In this document: piece after piece, positions 35,349 through 36,113 of the stretch
How the letters are laid out: each line of letters begins with the position of its first letter
Position numbering within the stretch: position 1 is the stretch's first letter
Assembly (NCBI RefSeq): GCF_006345805.1
Contig: NW_021824708.1
Span: 1-36,113 of the forward strand
Length of the DNA: 36,113 nt
Direction of reading: 5' to 3'
Source of the DNA: Octopus sinensis
Lineage: Eukaryota
Notes under the pieces: generated by a model
Databases searched by the model: none
Seen by the model: only the letters and a program-made list of their open reading frames with translations
What the model was told of the DNA's origin: nothing
Translations under genes and position numbers: made by a program

Positions 35349-35599
35349 GGCGAACTAGCGGAAACGTTAGCACGCGAACTGGCAGAAACGTTAGCACGCC
35401 GGGCGAAATGCTTAGCGCTATTTCGTCTGCCGCTACACATGAGTTCAAATTCCGCCGAGGTCGACTTTACCTTTCATCCTTTCAGGGTCGATTAAATAAG
35501 TACCAGTTATTCACTGGGGTCGATATAATCGACTTAATCCGTTTGTCTGTCCTTGTTTGTCCCCTCTATGTTTAGCTCATTGTGTGTAGTAAAGAAATA
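35349..35599 (+). mobile_element. SINE family C, full length, duplicated 5' end, target-site duplication
   Basis: agaaatagatcgg at 35338-35350 and 35600-35612. B-box gagttcaaattcc. Confidence 0.9.
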
Positions 35600-35884
35600 A
35601 GAAATAGATCGGACAGTTGAGAAGGAGGAAGACAAAATGCAATAGAATCTCCATACTGTTATAGATACAATTTGTTCCTGTAGGCTGCAGTGTAGAGATA
35701 TGGCCCTCGGCAAGGCAGAGGCGGATTATAATAGGAAAAATGGCCGTGAGGTTTGAACCTCTTCCTTTAAAATCAAGTGTAATCTGGGTTTATAGCACAA
35801 CAATAGCAGCAACAAGATTTAGTATACAAAAACAGAGTGGACAGCAGGAGATTGAAACATTTACGGTTTCCTACATAATACCCA

Positions 35885-36113
35885 GTGTGGAGGCACATGG
35901 CGTAGTGGTTAGAGCAGCGGACTCGCGGTCGAGGGATCGCACGTTCGAATCTCAGACCGGGCGATGTGTGTGTTTATGAGCGAAACACCTAAGCTCCACG
36001 CGGCTCCGGCAGAAGGTAATGGCGAACTTCTGCTGACTCTTTCGCCACAACTTTCTCTCATTCTTTCCTTCTGCATCTTGCAGCTCACCTGTGACGGACC
36101 GGCGTCCCGTCCA
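35885..36113 (+). mobile_element. SINE family B variant, runs off the window end
   Basis: gtggaggcacatggcgtagtggttagagcagcggactcgcggtc...gttcgaatctcagaccgggc. Confidence 0.85.

Overview
AT-rich, repeat-saturated eukaryotic DNA with no intact protein-coding gene that I can support. The SINE families and dense (TA)n/(CA)n/(AAT)n/(TCTA)n microsatellites look like an octopus (cephalopod) intergenic or intronic region; the taxon is an inference. Content: about 20 copies of three tRNA-headed SINE families (several with clear target-site duplications), a 3' fragment of an R4/Dong-like RLE LINE in (AAT)n, a decayed Tx1/L1-like LINE, mariner, maT and piggyBac relics, MITEs and minisatellites. Two things stand out. 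(1) A ~145-bp GC-rich insert ending in the exact first 27 nt of 18S rRNA (probable 5'ETS/18S junction) is patched antisense into the Tx1-like ORF2 at 30449-30594. (2) Several unrelated short elements, mostly next to microsatellites, share a non-canonical minimal type-I hammerhead-like architecture (stem I, variant core, stem II, GAAA, short or palindromic stem III, stem I), and several carry fold-back inverted repeats, consistent with Penelope-like/retrozyme-like terminal repeats. Nearly all ORFs in the supplied track are microsatellite or SINE artefacts. All family calls are by eye; no database search was run.
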